Part shown: positions 38,042 through 50,623 of the stretch, piece after piece
Position numbering within the stretch: the first letter of the stretch is position 1
Layout: every line of letters starts with the position of its first letter
Origin: Lytechinus pictus
Taxonomy: Eukaryota
Length of the DNA: 64,000 nucleotides
Assembly (NCBI RefSeq): GCF_037042905.1
Contig: NC_087251.1
Span: 10,604,001 to 10,668,000, forward strand
Direction of reading: 5' to 3'
Translations under genes and position numbers: made by a program
Notes under the pieces: generated by a model
What the model was told of the DNA's origin: nothing
What the model saw: the letters and a program-made list of their open reading frames with translations, nothing else
Databases searched by the model: none

Positions 38042-39137
38042 TTAAATCACAGTGGGAATGCATGGCTCAATAATTATATTGGTGATCAAGTTTCACAAAC
38101 CATGTGTGGCAATAGAAATAAAAATGAGATTGCTTTGGTTTCAAACAGTCAGCTTTATTACAACAATTGGTCACTTTGAGCTCTTAATTATGAATTTCAG
38201 GAGTCGAAGAGACATGAGCTGTTAGCAAGGTCCCAATATTGATTTATTTAATCAAAACCACTGCAGATATTTGTATTCTTATGCATGTTTTGTGGTATTC
38301 AATATCACTGGAGATTTTTGTGAAAGTGCTATTAGTTTTGATATTATTTGAGGAAAATGTTAGGATGTTCTTTTGGACAGCAGAAGACAGTATTATTAAG
38401 AGATATCTTTTATTTAAATTTAATTGCCTTTAGTCTATAGCACCTTGAGGGGTCCTTTTAAAGAGAATCAAAGAGCTTGCTGAAGAAAGCAAATTTTTTC
38501 TTCTAGTAAGAATCAATTGTACTTAGTATGTATGTGTATTGCTGTGGAATTTTAACTGAAATTAATCAATTGTAAATAGAAAAAAATGTATTCTTGAATG
38601 TAAATAAGAGGTTATATCTCAATCTGCAAAAATGAACTTTGACTGTGTTCTATATTTGTGTACCGTCCATTTATCTGTGTGATTGCTATATGTTTTTTGA
38701 CAGTTTTAAACATGTTATAGCTGCAACTATAATAAAGGGTATTGTTGTTTTATGTTAGGGTTTCAACTAAGAGATAGCGGGTAGAATAACTGATATCAAT
38801 AAAAACTAGCAAGTTCTTGATGGCAAAAGCACCCCAAAAAAGCTTGCAAAAACACCAAAAAAAAGCTTTCAAAAGCAGTCGTTCAAAACATATTTACAAC
38901 CATTTTTCTGAACTGCTAAAAAAACATTTACTTAGCATGCATTGCAAGAGATTGCCTAGCTCCAAACATTATATTTCGTATCTCCCCTTTTAGGGTACAT
39001 AATTGATGCATTTGGAAGCATTTGCTCACAAGATACAAAAAAATGCTTTTCTTCAGAGTAAACACTTTACTGAGAGAGCAAAACTGTATGATTCAGTCAG
39101 TAATTTCAAAGGAAAGACCTGAGAAAGCATTTGGTAG

Positions 39138-40294
39138 TTTTTGTCTCACCTGCATAGCAGTGTGAGACTAAAGGCGCCGCTTTTCCGACGGTGACGGCGG
39201 CGGCGGCGTCAACATCAAATCTTAACCTAAGGTTAAGTTTTTGAAATGACAGCATAACTTAGAAAGTATATGGACCTAGTTCATGAAAATTGGCCATAAG
39301 GTTAATCAAGTATTACTAAACATCCTGCCTGAGATTCATGTCACATGACCAAGGTCAAAGGTCATTTAGGGTCAATGAACTAAGACCATGTTGGGGGAAT
39401 CAACATCAAAATCTTAACCTAAGGTTAAGTTTTTGAAATGTCATCATAACTTAGCAAATGTATGGACCTAGTTCATGAAACTTGGACATAAGGTTAATCA
39501 AGTATCACTGAACATCCTGCATGAGTTTCACGTCACATGACATCATTTAGGTCATTTAGGGTCAATGAACTTTGGTCATTTAGGGTCAATGAACTTTGGT
39601 CATTTAGGGTCAATGAACTTCGGCCGAATTGGTGGTATCTGTTGAATTACCATCATAACTTTGAAAGTTTATTGATCTGATTCATGAAACTTGGACATAA
39701 TAGTAATCAAGTATCATTGAACATCCTGTGCAAGTTTCAGGTCACATGATTAAGGTCAAATGTCATTTAGGGTCAATGAACTTTGGCCAAATTGGGGGTA
39801 TTTGTTGAATTCTCATCATAACTTTGAAAGTATATTGGTCTAGTTCATTAAACTTGGACATAAGAGTAATCAAGTATCACTGTACGTCTTGTGCGCATTT
39901 CAGGTCACATGACCAAGGTCAAAGGTCAATGAACTTTGGCCGAATGGGTGTATCTGTTGAATTACCATCATAACTTTGAAAGTTTATGAATCTGATTCAT
40001 GAAACTTGGACATAAGAGTAATCAAGTATCACTGCACATCCTGTGCGAGTTTCAGGTCACATGATCAAGGTCAAAGGTCATATACGGTCAATGAACTTTG
40101 GCCAAATTGGGGGTATTTGTTGAATTACCATCATATCTCTGTAAGTGTATTGGTCTAGTTCATAAAACGTGGACATAAGAGTAACCAAGCATCACTGAAC
40201 ATCTTGTGCGAGTTATAGTAGGTTTCAAAGTCAGCACTGCTGCTATATTGAATCGCGTGATGCAGGTGAGACCGCCAGAGGCATTCCACTTGTT
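39138..40294 (+). mobile_element. HINE/DINE-1-like element, copy 3 (~6 units)
   Basis: tttttgtctcacctgcatagcagtgtgagac ... atgcaggtgagaccgccagaggcattccacttgtt. Confidence 0.82.
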
Positions 40295-42289
40295 AATGAT
40301 ATTAGTCTATGTATTCCTTAATTTCTATGAAATGAACAATATTAAATGATAGAGATTCCCTAGTTGGGTAGATGCATGTGTATGTTAAACTGTCGATTGA
40401 GAAATTGTGTTTTCATGGTCACTGTTAGCTGGAGCAAAATAAAGTTGTTACCATATGATAGCATTTATTTGAGAAGTTTTGTATTTTATTTCTGTATCTA
40501 AGTATTACTGTTTTCAGCCATACTGTAAGAAAATATGACATAACTGCAAGTTTGTCAGATGAATTTAATTGCTGCACTCCATATTGCAATACGATATGAC
40601 ACACAGATGGTATGTAGCACTACAACAGGTATAGATAATGATGTTTGTTTAGATGGTAGCATAACTTATAACTGCCTTCAAATCTGCCTGTGTTAACCTT
40701 ATATTAGACAGTTATAGTCTATTAATATATTTACTTTAACCTATCATTTTCTTTATATTGGTAAAAGTATGGATTTAAGGTTTACTCTTAATTGTGTTTT
40801 TCACTTTAAATGCTAATACCAACTGAAAAAGGTGACAAAATTGTTGTAGACAAGTGACTCAGAAGAATGTCTGATGTTGAAATCTTCTTCTGTACACAAA
40901 CTTTATGTTGAGATGCTAGCAGCAGAAATTTCATTATTTTCATCTGCCAAAGAGAATTCAAATTTTGATGACCATGTCATGAGTTTGAAATACCAAGCAC
41001 AATAGATAGTTGCATATGATTGACTTAAAATATTAATTACATGTGCACTTTGAGCTAGTAATTGATTTGATTTATACACAAATGATATTAATGTTGCAAT
41101 TCTAGATGAAATTTCAATTTTACTTGGAACATTTGTTTGTTTTGTTTTTGCCATACATTTAAAAGTCCACATATATATGTATAGCTTGAATATATACATG
41201 TAAGTATCTGTAGATATTCATTACACATATATTAAATATGTGTGTCTGCTTAAAGAAGTACTTTAGGTATGCTATATTATATAATATTGTAAATAATGCA
41301 ATTGCCAGTGTGTAATGTGAAACACAATTTCACCTTGTACATTTGATGGTATTTTTGTGAAGGGAATGTTTTTGAGATCGATATTTGTGTGAGAAAGAAT
41401 AACAAAAGAGTGTGTGTATCAGAATAAACTTCAATGAGATTAAATGAAAATAGCTTTTCCCATTTTGTTTGTGGTTAAATAATGTTGTAGTACATAACAA
41501 ATTAGAATTGCAAATGGCTCTTAGAGAATAGAGAGTATCTCAAAGTATATTAAGTTGGTCCAATGCCCACCATACACTGCATGATAGAGCTACAAAGCGA
41601 TTTTTGAACAAATCACAGTTTGCATGAAATGTGAAAGTTCCGAGAAGTAATAATTACTTAGTTGTACTGGGATAATACTAGGAATACAAAATTCGAATAT
41701 CTGGTTTGCTGCAAAAGCCTTGTGGTAGAAGTAAAGTAGCTTCAAGTCATAGCTGATGATGAAGTCAATACAATTTATAATTGTTATGTGTGTGTGGGCG
41801 ATGTCATTCATGTAAAAAGCGAATGAAAATGAGAATGGGTAATACATAGGGATGTTTATGTGTGTGGCATACTACTACTTGTGTTACTTGTGCATTTTGT
41901 GTTTGAGTTCGATAGTTAGACCCTTAATTTGAATGAAGGATTTGCACAGCAGACAGACCACTCGTTAGTTCACCAACCTCCTCAACAGTTCATAATCTAT
42001 TGAGGGTACCTTGTTATTTAGCTCACATCATCTAATTAAAATTTTATATGTACCAAGATTCAGAAGTTTATTTGTAAAATACATTTTCAACAGTCATTCT
42101 CCTGTTTTATAAGCACTAACCACGCTTTAATCTGTTAAACCATTCAAACAGCTACTCGCAGGGCCATACAAACAGAGTGATACAGATCGGTTCTATCCAG
42201 ATTTTTTTTAAAGATAACCTTTATTTTTCATTTTTTCTTGATAATGCATGCTAGCCATGCTGACTCTAGAATCTAGAAGCCAAGCCTGC

Positions 42290-42794
42290 TTTTTGTCTTG
42301 CCCGAACGAAGTTCGGTAGGGACCTAGTAATCACTTTTCCTATTGGTCTGTTAATCTGTTGTTAAAAATGTTAAAGTTTATGTTCAACTTGCTCTCATAT
42401 CTTTATTTCTGCATCATACTTGATCCATATGATCCTTGGTTAATACCACATAGTTTCTATGTGGATGGGTGATGGTGTCCAATGTCATCTAGGGTTAAAA
42501 GGTCAAATGATGAGGTCATGTCTTCCAAAAATTATGTTGACACTTGGTACATATGATTCTTGGGCAATACCGCATATGTGTCCATGAGGGTGATGGGGTT
42601 AAAGGTCATCTAGGGGTCAAAAGGTTAAGTTTTGTTCAAATTGCTCGCATCTCTTTATTTTTGTATCAATTGTGTTTACACTTGGTACAAATAACCATTG
42701 GGTAAAACCACAAGGATAAGGTCAAAAGATCATATTGCATATTCTATCGATCGCGATACCAGGCGAGACTTGTGGTTCGTGAACCACCTTGTTT
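42290..42794 (+). mobile_element. Second HINE-like subfamily element
   Basis: tttttgtcttgccc start, 5' hairpin ccgaac..gttcgg, degenerate aaaggtcatctaggggtca units, 3' caggcgagac plus ggttcgtgaacc hairpin then ttgtt. Confidence 0.65.
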
Positions 42795-45273
42795 GTCAAA
42801 CTGATTCAAATAAAAGTAAAATATTCATAGGTAATCACTTCATATCCTGAATTCAAATTCAGGATATTCAGGATTCCAGTCAGATTGTAGGTCCTTATGT
42901 TTATGAGCAAATGAGCAAGATTTATCCAAGTCCTCTCGTTGCTGAATTCATCTCCTTGCAAAGTCTTGTGAACTGTGAGACTTTCTTTCTCAAAGAATTC
43001 AACCACTTTATCCTCAAGTAAAATTTAATACTTTTGTACCATAGGAGAGAGTAAATGTTACTCTTTTATATTTGTCATTTATTTTGAATTAAATATTTTG
43101 ATAAGTGAATTTCAGGCCTGAAAAGATGCCTCAAACGGAAGTTCTTCGTCTGTTTTCACTTACAAATTGTGCAACACTCCCATACATAAAAATACTATTT
43201 ATATCATCAGAAAGCTCAAACTGTAATTTCTTACAATGTCACCCTTGATAAGCGACGCCTTTTAGATGGATCAGCAGCCAGCTTTTTCATCAAGATACAA
43301 TATACAACAATTTCTGAGTAGCATAAAATCCAGAGTTCTGATTGGCTGAATAATGTTTTCGAAACAACAGGAATGGGTAACCACATGGTGAGTGTGACCT
43401 TGGAGTAGCCTCGTGTGGAAACTGTTGGAATTTGAGTGGGTGTGTGGGTCTCTATTACCAATCAGAGCGAAGTATTCTTGTTTTTAGGCTGCTAATTGTA
43501 TTTGGCCTATGAAAAGCTTTCTGCTGACCCATCTAAAATACCTCTTCTTATTAAACCTATATCATATTAAAGCTTAGATCTTCAGCTTTATCATAAAAAT
43601 CATTTGGGCTCAAACAGAAATTAGTGTAAAAAGAACTTTTGTCGCATGAAAAATAATTATTTTGTATCATGTTTTAGATCAAAAGTTTCACCTAGGATTA
43701 CAAAATCCTTTCAAAAATCCAGACACATGACCTTCTTTATAAAGATACAAAAAACACATGAAATTTGTTCAATAGTTAGAGCAGCCGAATAAAAAGAGGT
43801 GTTTTGGTTCGCACCAAGCTCATTAAATATGCAAAAACCTTCTAGTCATGAATATCACTTGGATAAAAGAAGGTACTTTTGAGGATATGCTTATTCAGAA
43901 TTACAATACACATTTCAAAATATATATACATCATAAAGATAAAAAGTCGATTTGAATGTCCTTTATCGCGTTCTTGGGTCCTTCTCTTTGGGGTTTGATT
44001 TCACTCAGTTTTCTTCATTTGATAAACATAATAGTGTTATTGTCAGTAGACTCGGAATTTTATGTAAACGTGACTCGTTATGTAATGGATAAAATTATTT
44101 GACTATTAATATTGATGACGCATTACGTAACATGTACTTGTATAATATTGTAGCTTCTATATACACGACGGAATTCGATATATCTTTTCTGACCATCTAG
44201 GCAACAAAAACTGAAGCGATGTGACATTAAACAGGAGCCAGTGACGAAATGAGCCAACAAATTTGAGCCGTCTGAACATGGCCTATGGTGCAAAATGTTG
44301 CGAGCAAAAATTTGGGGAAAAAGCTCAAATGTAATTTTTGTGACTTTGCCTTGATTTAACATCAGTATTAGTTATTTCAATTTTTTCTTTCATTTTCTCT
44401 CTGTTTTGCCTCGTTTTTTTTCTTTGTGGAACTTTTGTGGAGTCCAGACCCCCCCCCCCCCCCTCTTTACGCCAGTAAAAGGAGCAGAATCGCAGTTTCT
44501 TAAAGAAGACCTTATCTAAACTTCATAAAGTATGCTAATAGGCGTTCATCGGGTCTAAATTAATCTGATAAAGGCTCACTAGTGCACAGGAGCTGTGCAA
44601 TGATGGTGGTGGGGCCTGTTACAACCGATAATTGCCACCTTTCGCAATCCTCACGGACGCTAAAATTAGGGTCCCCTAACACAAAAGTTGACGCTTAATC
44701 ATACACTTGATTTTTAAGATTGATTGTACATTATAGTCAATACAATCAAACGTATATAGAAAACTGCTCTACAATCAATGCTAAGATTTGTGTTACAGGG
44801 GGGTTACAGGCCCTACAGATCTGCTTTTCGTGTGCAAAATTCTTTCCCGCGACACCCGCGCGCCATACATGCATGTATTACGACTGATGGCTTGAGATAT
44901 TCGAAATGCAGGACCTAAAATAGAATATGACATGGATAAGAAAGTGGTTTTTCAAACAAATCGAGTATATATTGAGTGAGGAAAAACGTACTAAATTAAG
45001 GCTTAGATATATATCATTACAGTCCATCGAATCGATATTGCATTTAATGTGGATTATTGGTGGATGACTGGCAATTGATTCCATGGGTCGGATCACCTGT
45101 CCAGCCGAACCCATTTCGCATATGTACACAGCGTATGCAATACGTTTGAACATGCGGGTTTCTTTTTTTACTTTTGTTCACTCCTTCTACACAAACGATA
45201 CGCCTCTAGCACACGATGTAAAGGGTATTATGTTTTACTTTCCCCAGAAATGGGGGGTTAGATTCAAATTCCG

Positions 45274-45580
45274 GTGGGACCACTTCCATTGATGAGTGGA
45301 TACCAGGCACGACCATGGGGTTTCGAACTGAGTACCCTAAACAAAGGAAGCAAGTCTTTTCCAGATTATGAAAATGCATCTTTTAACAATTATTATTTGG
45401 CTTGTGAAACCCTACAAGTATTGGAAATATATCCCTTTTTTCAGTATTTTAATCATCGTTTTTGACACCTTTATAACGTTACATAGGCCATTAGGGCTAT
45501 ACGTAACGCACTTACCCACTCTTTCCCTTTTACGCGTTGTTGCGCCTGGTATCCACTCATCAATGAAAGTGCCCCCCCCC
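45274..45580. mobile_element. MITE (cacttccattgatgagtggataccagg TIR)
   Basis: cacttccattgatgagtggataccaggc ... gcctggtatccactcatcaatgaaagtg. Confidence 0.75.
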
Positions 45581-46116
45581 CCCCCCGGGCGGCCTCTCGA
45601 GCTCTTGGAGGAACCAAATGTGGATTTGGAAAGTCGTCCTAAATCGCATATATCGCTGTTACCATAGTAGCAACCAGAATTTTGCACACGAAACGCAAAT
45701 TGAATGTTTCCGTTCCAGATGCGAAACGAAAAAATATCTCATGTCACACAATTTGCATTGCAGGCCGACAGAGTTTTAAGACCATGACGACGGGCCCAAA
45801 AGTCTCTTCCAAAATCAACTAACGTCGTAAATAAGCGTTCGCGTTCTTCCAACGAAAGGTCGGGAATGTCGCACCAACGCATAATGTCCTAATAGTAAAA
45901 ACAATAATAGTAATAATTATCGATGTACACTTTGCAAAGCAAATCAGAAGTGAAAAAGCATAAAAATATAAAGCGAGAGCGAAGCTCGAGCTAAAAATAC
46001 TTCATATTCCAGTCCGAAGCACTTTATAAGCACTATTTAAGCACTTTTTCAAGCACTATGCATGCAAATTCTGAAGTGGATGTGGATGCGAGCGCGAGCA
46101 AAAATTTTAGCCTATA

Positions 46117-46919
46117 CAGTGCGTCCCACAAAAACGAAACCGAGATTTATCGATGATTTATCATAATTTAATCACAAATACAGTATACAAAAATTAATGA
46201 CCTACCGTTGTAAAGCTTAGAACCTCCTCTTTCATCTGAAATTCCTTAGACTATTTCTCATTCACGCATGAGTGAGCAAAAACAATTTGAATAGGGGATA
46301 CCAAAAAGTCATTTGGCGGGCTGTATCTTGGTTTCAAAACGAAAACCACATTTTTAAAAAGTTCAATATCTGCTCTTTAATTTGATACCTCAATTACAGA
46401 AAATGGTCAAGAAATAACAAAGTTCTGGTTATTTGAAATAAGGCTTGAATTTCAACAATTTCATAAAATTAAGAGGTTCTACAGGCTAGCGTTCAAACTC
46501 ACTTGACGATCAGCCATGCATTATGTCTTTTGTTAACCATGCGATAGCTTCTGTGGGTAACCGGTGAAAACACGTTTATTTAATGAAATTATGGAAATAC
46601 AAGCATTGTTTCGAGGTAACATAACTTTTTTACTTCTTGACCATTTTTTGTGATTAAGGTATCAAAGAAAAGAGCAGATATTGAACTTTTTAGGCATGTG
46701 ATTTTCTTTTTGAAATTCAGATACCCCCGTTGGTATCCTTTTCTTCAAATTGTTTATGCTCACTCATGCGTGAATGGGGAATAATCTAAGTAATATCAGA
46801 TGAAAGAAGAGATTTTAAGCTTTACACTGGTAGGTCATTTGTCTATTGTATTTGTGATTAAGTTATGATAAATCATCGCTTAGGCCTAATCTCGGTTTCG
46901 TTTTTTCTGGGACGCACTG
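46117..46919. mobile_element. Tc1/mariner-type MITE, copy 2
   Basis: ta|cagtgcgtcccacaaaaacgaaaccgag ... ctcggtttcgttttttctgggacgcactg|ta. Confidence 0.88.
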
Positions 46920-46921
46920 TA

Positions 46922-47765
46922 CAGCGTGTCTCTAAAAAAAGTAAACCCAACTTCAATGGCAAATTTTCAGAAAACTAAAAAATATTTACACATTATTTTT
47001 TCATGGTTAGATAGTCCAATAAGTCCTCTGTCCAATTATATCATTTAGGTTATCTAACTCTTATGCATGACTGAGCATGATTCAACTTAGTGAACTGGTG
47101 TCAAATCATCACTGTGGCAAGTTATTTCTTGTTATTGTCGTGCATTCAAGGCCTATTTGAAGTTAAATGTTTGTCGCATGTTAGGCCTATGATTAAATCA
47201 TCACTGTGGCAAGTTATTTCTTGCTATTGTCATGCATTCAAGGCCTATTTGAAGTTAAATTTAGGTCACATGTTAGGCATATAATTTCATAACAACTTCA
47301 GCAAAGGTTGTTCCTAACACAGGCACACTTCACATGCTTTCCAAACATGGTACAGTTGACAATTGAGCAGAGAGTATTCCTGGTAACTCAATACCAGGAA
47401 ACAAGAAGTTTCGTGGAAGTTCAAGAGGCTTTTCGGGTGCAGTTCCCCGAGAGGCAGCCCCCAAAAAAAGGGCCATCTGGTACAATGTGAGAAAGTATGC
47501 TGATCACGGAACCACTGAGTTTAACTTCAAATAGGCCTTGAATGCATGAAAATAACAAGAAATAACTTGCCACAGTGATGATTTGACACCAGTTCACTAA
47601 GTTGAATCATGCTCAGTCATGCATGAGAGTTAGATAACCTAAGTGATGTAATTGGACAGAAGACTTATTGGACTATCTAACCATGAAAAAATAATGTATA
47701 AATATTTTTTAGTTTTCTGAAAATTTGCCGTTGAAGTTGGGTTTACTTTTTTTAGAGACACACTG
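46922..47765 (+). mobile_element. Internally deleted Tc1/mariner transposon with ~240-bp TIRs and a transposase N-terminal remnant
   Basis: ta|cagcgtgtctctaaaaaaagtaaacccaacttcaa ... ttgaagttgggtttactttttttagagacacactg|ta. Confidence 0.88.
47347..47518 (+). pseudogene. Transposase N-terminal HTH remnant (DUF4817-like), frameshifted and truncated
   Basis: MVQLTIEQRVFLVTQYQETRSFVEVQEAFRVQFPERQPP, frameshift in an A-run, then KRAIWYNVRKYADHGTT, then directly the right TIR. Confidence 0.75.
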
Positions 47766-47789
47766 TATAGTACATGGCGATTTTTTTCA

Positions 47790-47984
47790 CCTGGTTGCTA
47801 AGAAAGCATGAATGCTTGTAAGCAAGCAACCAGAGGACCGACGGCTTAAGGACCTCTCCAAGGGACCTGGTAGGCATAATTACTATTATGCCTTAATACC
47901 AAGGGGCACTAACGCACCAATTAGGAATCAAATCCCGGTCACCGGAATCAGAAACCCCCGCTTTACCGACTGAGCTATCGCGCC
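47790..47984 (-). mobile_element. tRNA-derived SINE
   Basis: Minus strand GGCGCGATAGCTCAGTCGGTAAAGCG (A box)...GGATTTGATTCC (degenerate B box), followed by a non-tRNA body (..TTAAGCCGTCGGTCC..). Confidence 0.7.
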
Positions 47985-48129
47985 TCTTTGGAGACATGAA
48001 AGATTTTTTTTTATTTTCCAAGTCTTCACCTCACCCTATTTTATTCACTCTTCTGTCTCCTCTTATTTTTCCTCATTTCCCTCCTCTCTTTCCCCTTCTT
48101 TTCCCTATTCTTTCGAATAGAAGTAATGA

Positions 48130-48350
48130 TATTGGACAAAGTGGATATTGTACCAATTGAAACAAAATACAATGAGACTAAATGATAATAAACAAAACGG
48201 CTATTAGACCAACTGGCTATTAGACAAGATGGTAATTAGACGAAATGGTTATTGGACTATGTTGATAGTTGACTAACTAATGGTAGACGAAATGATATCA
48301 GACCATGCGATAGTGGGGAAAAAGGCAGTAGACGAAATGGCAATAAACCG
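48130..48350. repeat. Degenerate ~18-bp tandem repeat (tagacgaaatgg.. / tagaccaactgg..)
   Basis: recurring (t)agacNaaNtgg units. Confidence 0.6.
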
Positions 48351-48482
48351 ATAAATATCCATACAAAGAGTAATCCTGATTTCCAAATCACTTAATTCTC
48401 TTTCTCGTGTCTCAAAATACTTAGTGAAACTGAAAGCATATTTTATATCTTATCTGTAACTCGAGTCCTGAAGAAAATACCG

Positions 48483-48682
48483 CTGTGACATTATGCGTTG
48501 CGACATGTGACGTTATGCGTTAGAAATTTGCTGCGACATTATGCGTTGCGACATGTAACGTTATGCGTTAGAAAAACTAAGCGTTGACTGCGACATTCGG
48601 GCCTATGCGTTGACTGCGACAAGAGCGTCTGACGCTCTTGGCAGCGACATTATGCGTTGGTGCGACATTATCGATTGTAACA
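48483..48682. repeat. Short-unit tandem array (gcgacattatgcgtt)
   Basis: multiple gcgacat / tatgcgtt units ending in tgtaaca. Confidence 0.75.
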
Positions 48683-50067
48683 GGGCCTGGGGGGAGGGGG
48701 GAATAGACTAAAAGAGGCCGTCTTTTTTCAATAGCATGTATTTTAGAGTCACATGACCAATATCTCTTTTTCCTATCCCCATTTGTACCTCCTCACTTTC
48801 CCTCTTTCCAACTGCTTGTAAAATCAGGGGGCACCGCCCCTGCATGCAATAAGCATTTTGAAAAGAAAGGATCTTGGTTTCTATTACAGGACGTTTCGCC
48901 ATAGACTGCAGTGATGGATCAGAGCAAAGGATTGTTACTATTGTTTTATTATAAATCGTATACATTCAGTGATATTTGTTTTCCAGATAGATCCATTTCA
49001 CCAACAAAATAAAGATTATAATTCAGAAAACCATTATCAAATCCTGAACACGTCAAAAATGCAAAATTTCGAGCAAAAATAATCTTAAGCATTTTTTAAA
49101 CAATTTTTTTGTATTAAGAAGTTTTTATTTGTCAACAACTTCAATTCATATACAAAATAAAATACATACATCAAATACAATATCATATCTTTGCAAATTA
49201 ATATATGAAAACATTGAAAACTCATATAATTAACACATTACATTTTCTCTTTTTTTTCCTTTAGTGTCACAATAAAACCTAATAAACTCAACGTACTAGA
49301 TTTTTTTCTGGTGTCAAATATTCACAACATAACAGATTTTCCAAATACACAAAATCAATCATTAATACAACCTAGTCGAATCGAAGCCATTAACAAGGAT
49401 TTTCATACCCCCATACTCACACCTTGGCCTCATTTATCAAATATTTCATATCCTATAATAACAACATCATTCTCGGCCCTGGACCCTACCTACCACCCCC
49501 CCCCCTCCCTTCCGACCCTTTGTTGTTTATATTAAGGAGTTTGAAAAATAGCCAAGAAACAAGAAAAAAAAAAACACGGAAGCAAAATAAAACAATACTA
49601 CAAACCCCCTTCCAACCCAAAGGCATGTGTCCCCCCCCTACCCTCTACCCTTCCCCATACCCCCCCCTCCCATGCCCTTCGTCGTCACATTAAGATTCGG
49701 AATCGATTATGTAAAATATAGGAGATAGTAGGTATGGTAAATATTAGGTTGATTAACTCGCAAGAGTCGTGCAAAGTGCTGCGGCCTCTTATATTTTCTG
49801 TTGCAACGTTATTTTCATTGCCTCTGTCTCGCGATCTACCAGCATATCCCGCCTTAATAATTTATCGAATAAAACTACAATGAAAAAAAAAGTCAGACGT
49901 AATCATAACCATATAAAAATCCATTTACGACATAGCATCATTACCAAGTAATGCTCTCGCTTGACATTATGTTGCTAACTTCTAAATTGATGTGCGATTG
50001 TTTGACATGTCAACGTCGAGTTCATTACCTCAGGAACTAACACGGGGACTAAATAAAGCGTTCGAAA

Positions 50068-50416
50068 ATGAAGGAGAGATCGAAAAAATCTGGCATTTTA
50101 AGACCGTTCGTACGGTTCATCATTTTGATAATTTCTATGTTTATTTATTTAGCGATTGGCGCCGTTGTCTTCAATCGCCTTGAGAATGACAACAACATTG
50201 CTTCACAGAGAAAACTTTACGAATCCCTGATCGAATTCATGGATGATCACCCATGTCTTTCGAACGAATCACTTCAATACTTCTTTGAGAATGTGGACAA
50301 AGCTATTGAAATGAGTGTGGTGAGTGTGACACGACAATCAAGGATCAGAGATAGTAGCGCCTTATGGGATATACCAGCTTCGTTCTTCTTCACTTCTACT
50401 ATTGTCACTACAATAG
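50068..50416 (+). CDS. Two-pore-domain K+ channel (K2P/KCNK, TREK/TALK-like) gene A, exon 1 (M1, cap, P1)
   Basis: ATG 50068; YLAIGAVVFNRLE (M1), HPC cap cysteine, WDIPASFFFTSTIVTTIG; g|gtaaat donor inside TIG|YG. Confidence 0.92.
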
Positions 50417-50623
50417 GTAAATCATTCCGTTCCAACAAATATTAATTATCAGCATTCGATTGCAAATATAAATCAAAATTTATAGCTATTAATTTCAGCA
50501 GTAGAACTGTGAATATAAAGAACTTTCTGTTGCAAGGGACAAGCGATCAATTGCAATTTTTTGACTAATCGCAAGAATTGTGATCGACTTTGAAGCCTCA
50601 GCTTGACTTGAAATCGATTTTAA

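Noticed and set aside
47910..47984. Possible tRNA gene on the minus strand
   Set aside because: Degenerate B box, no proper acceptor stem or terminator, and it continues into a SINE-like body
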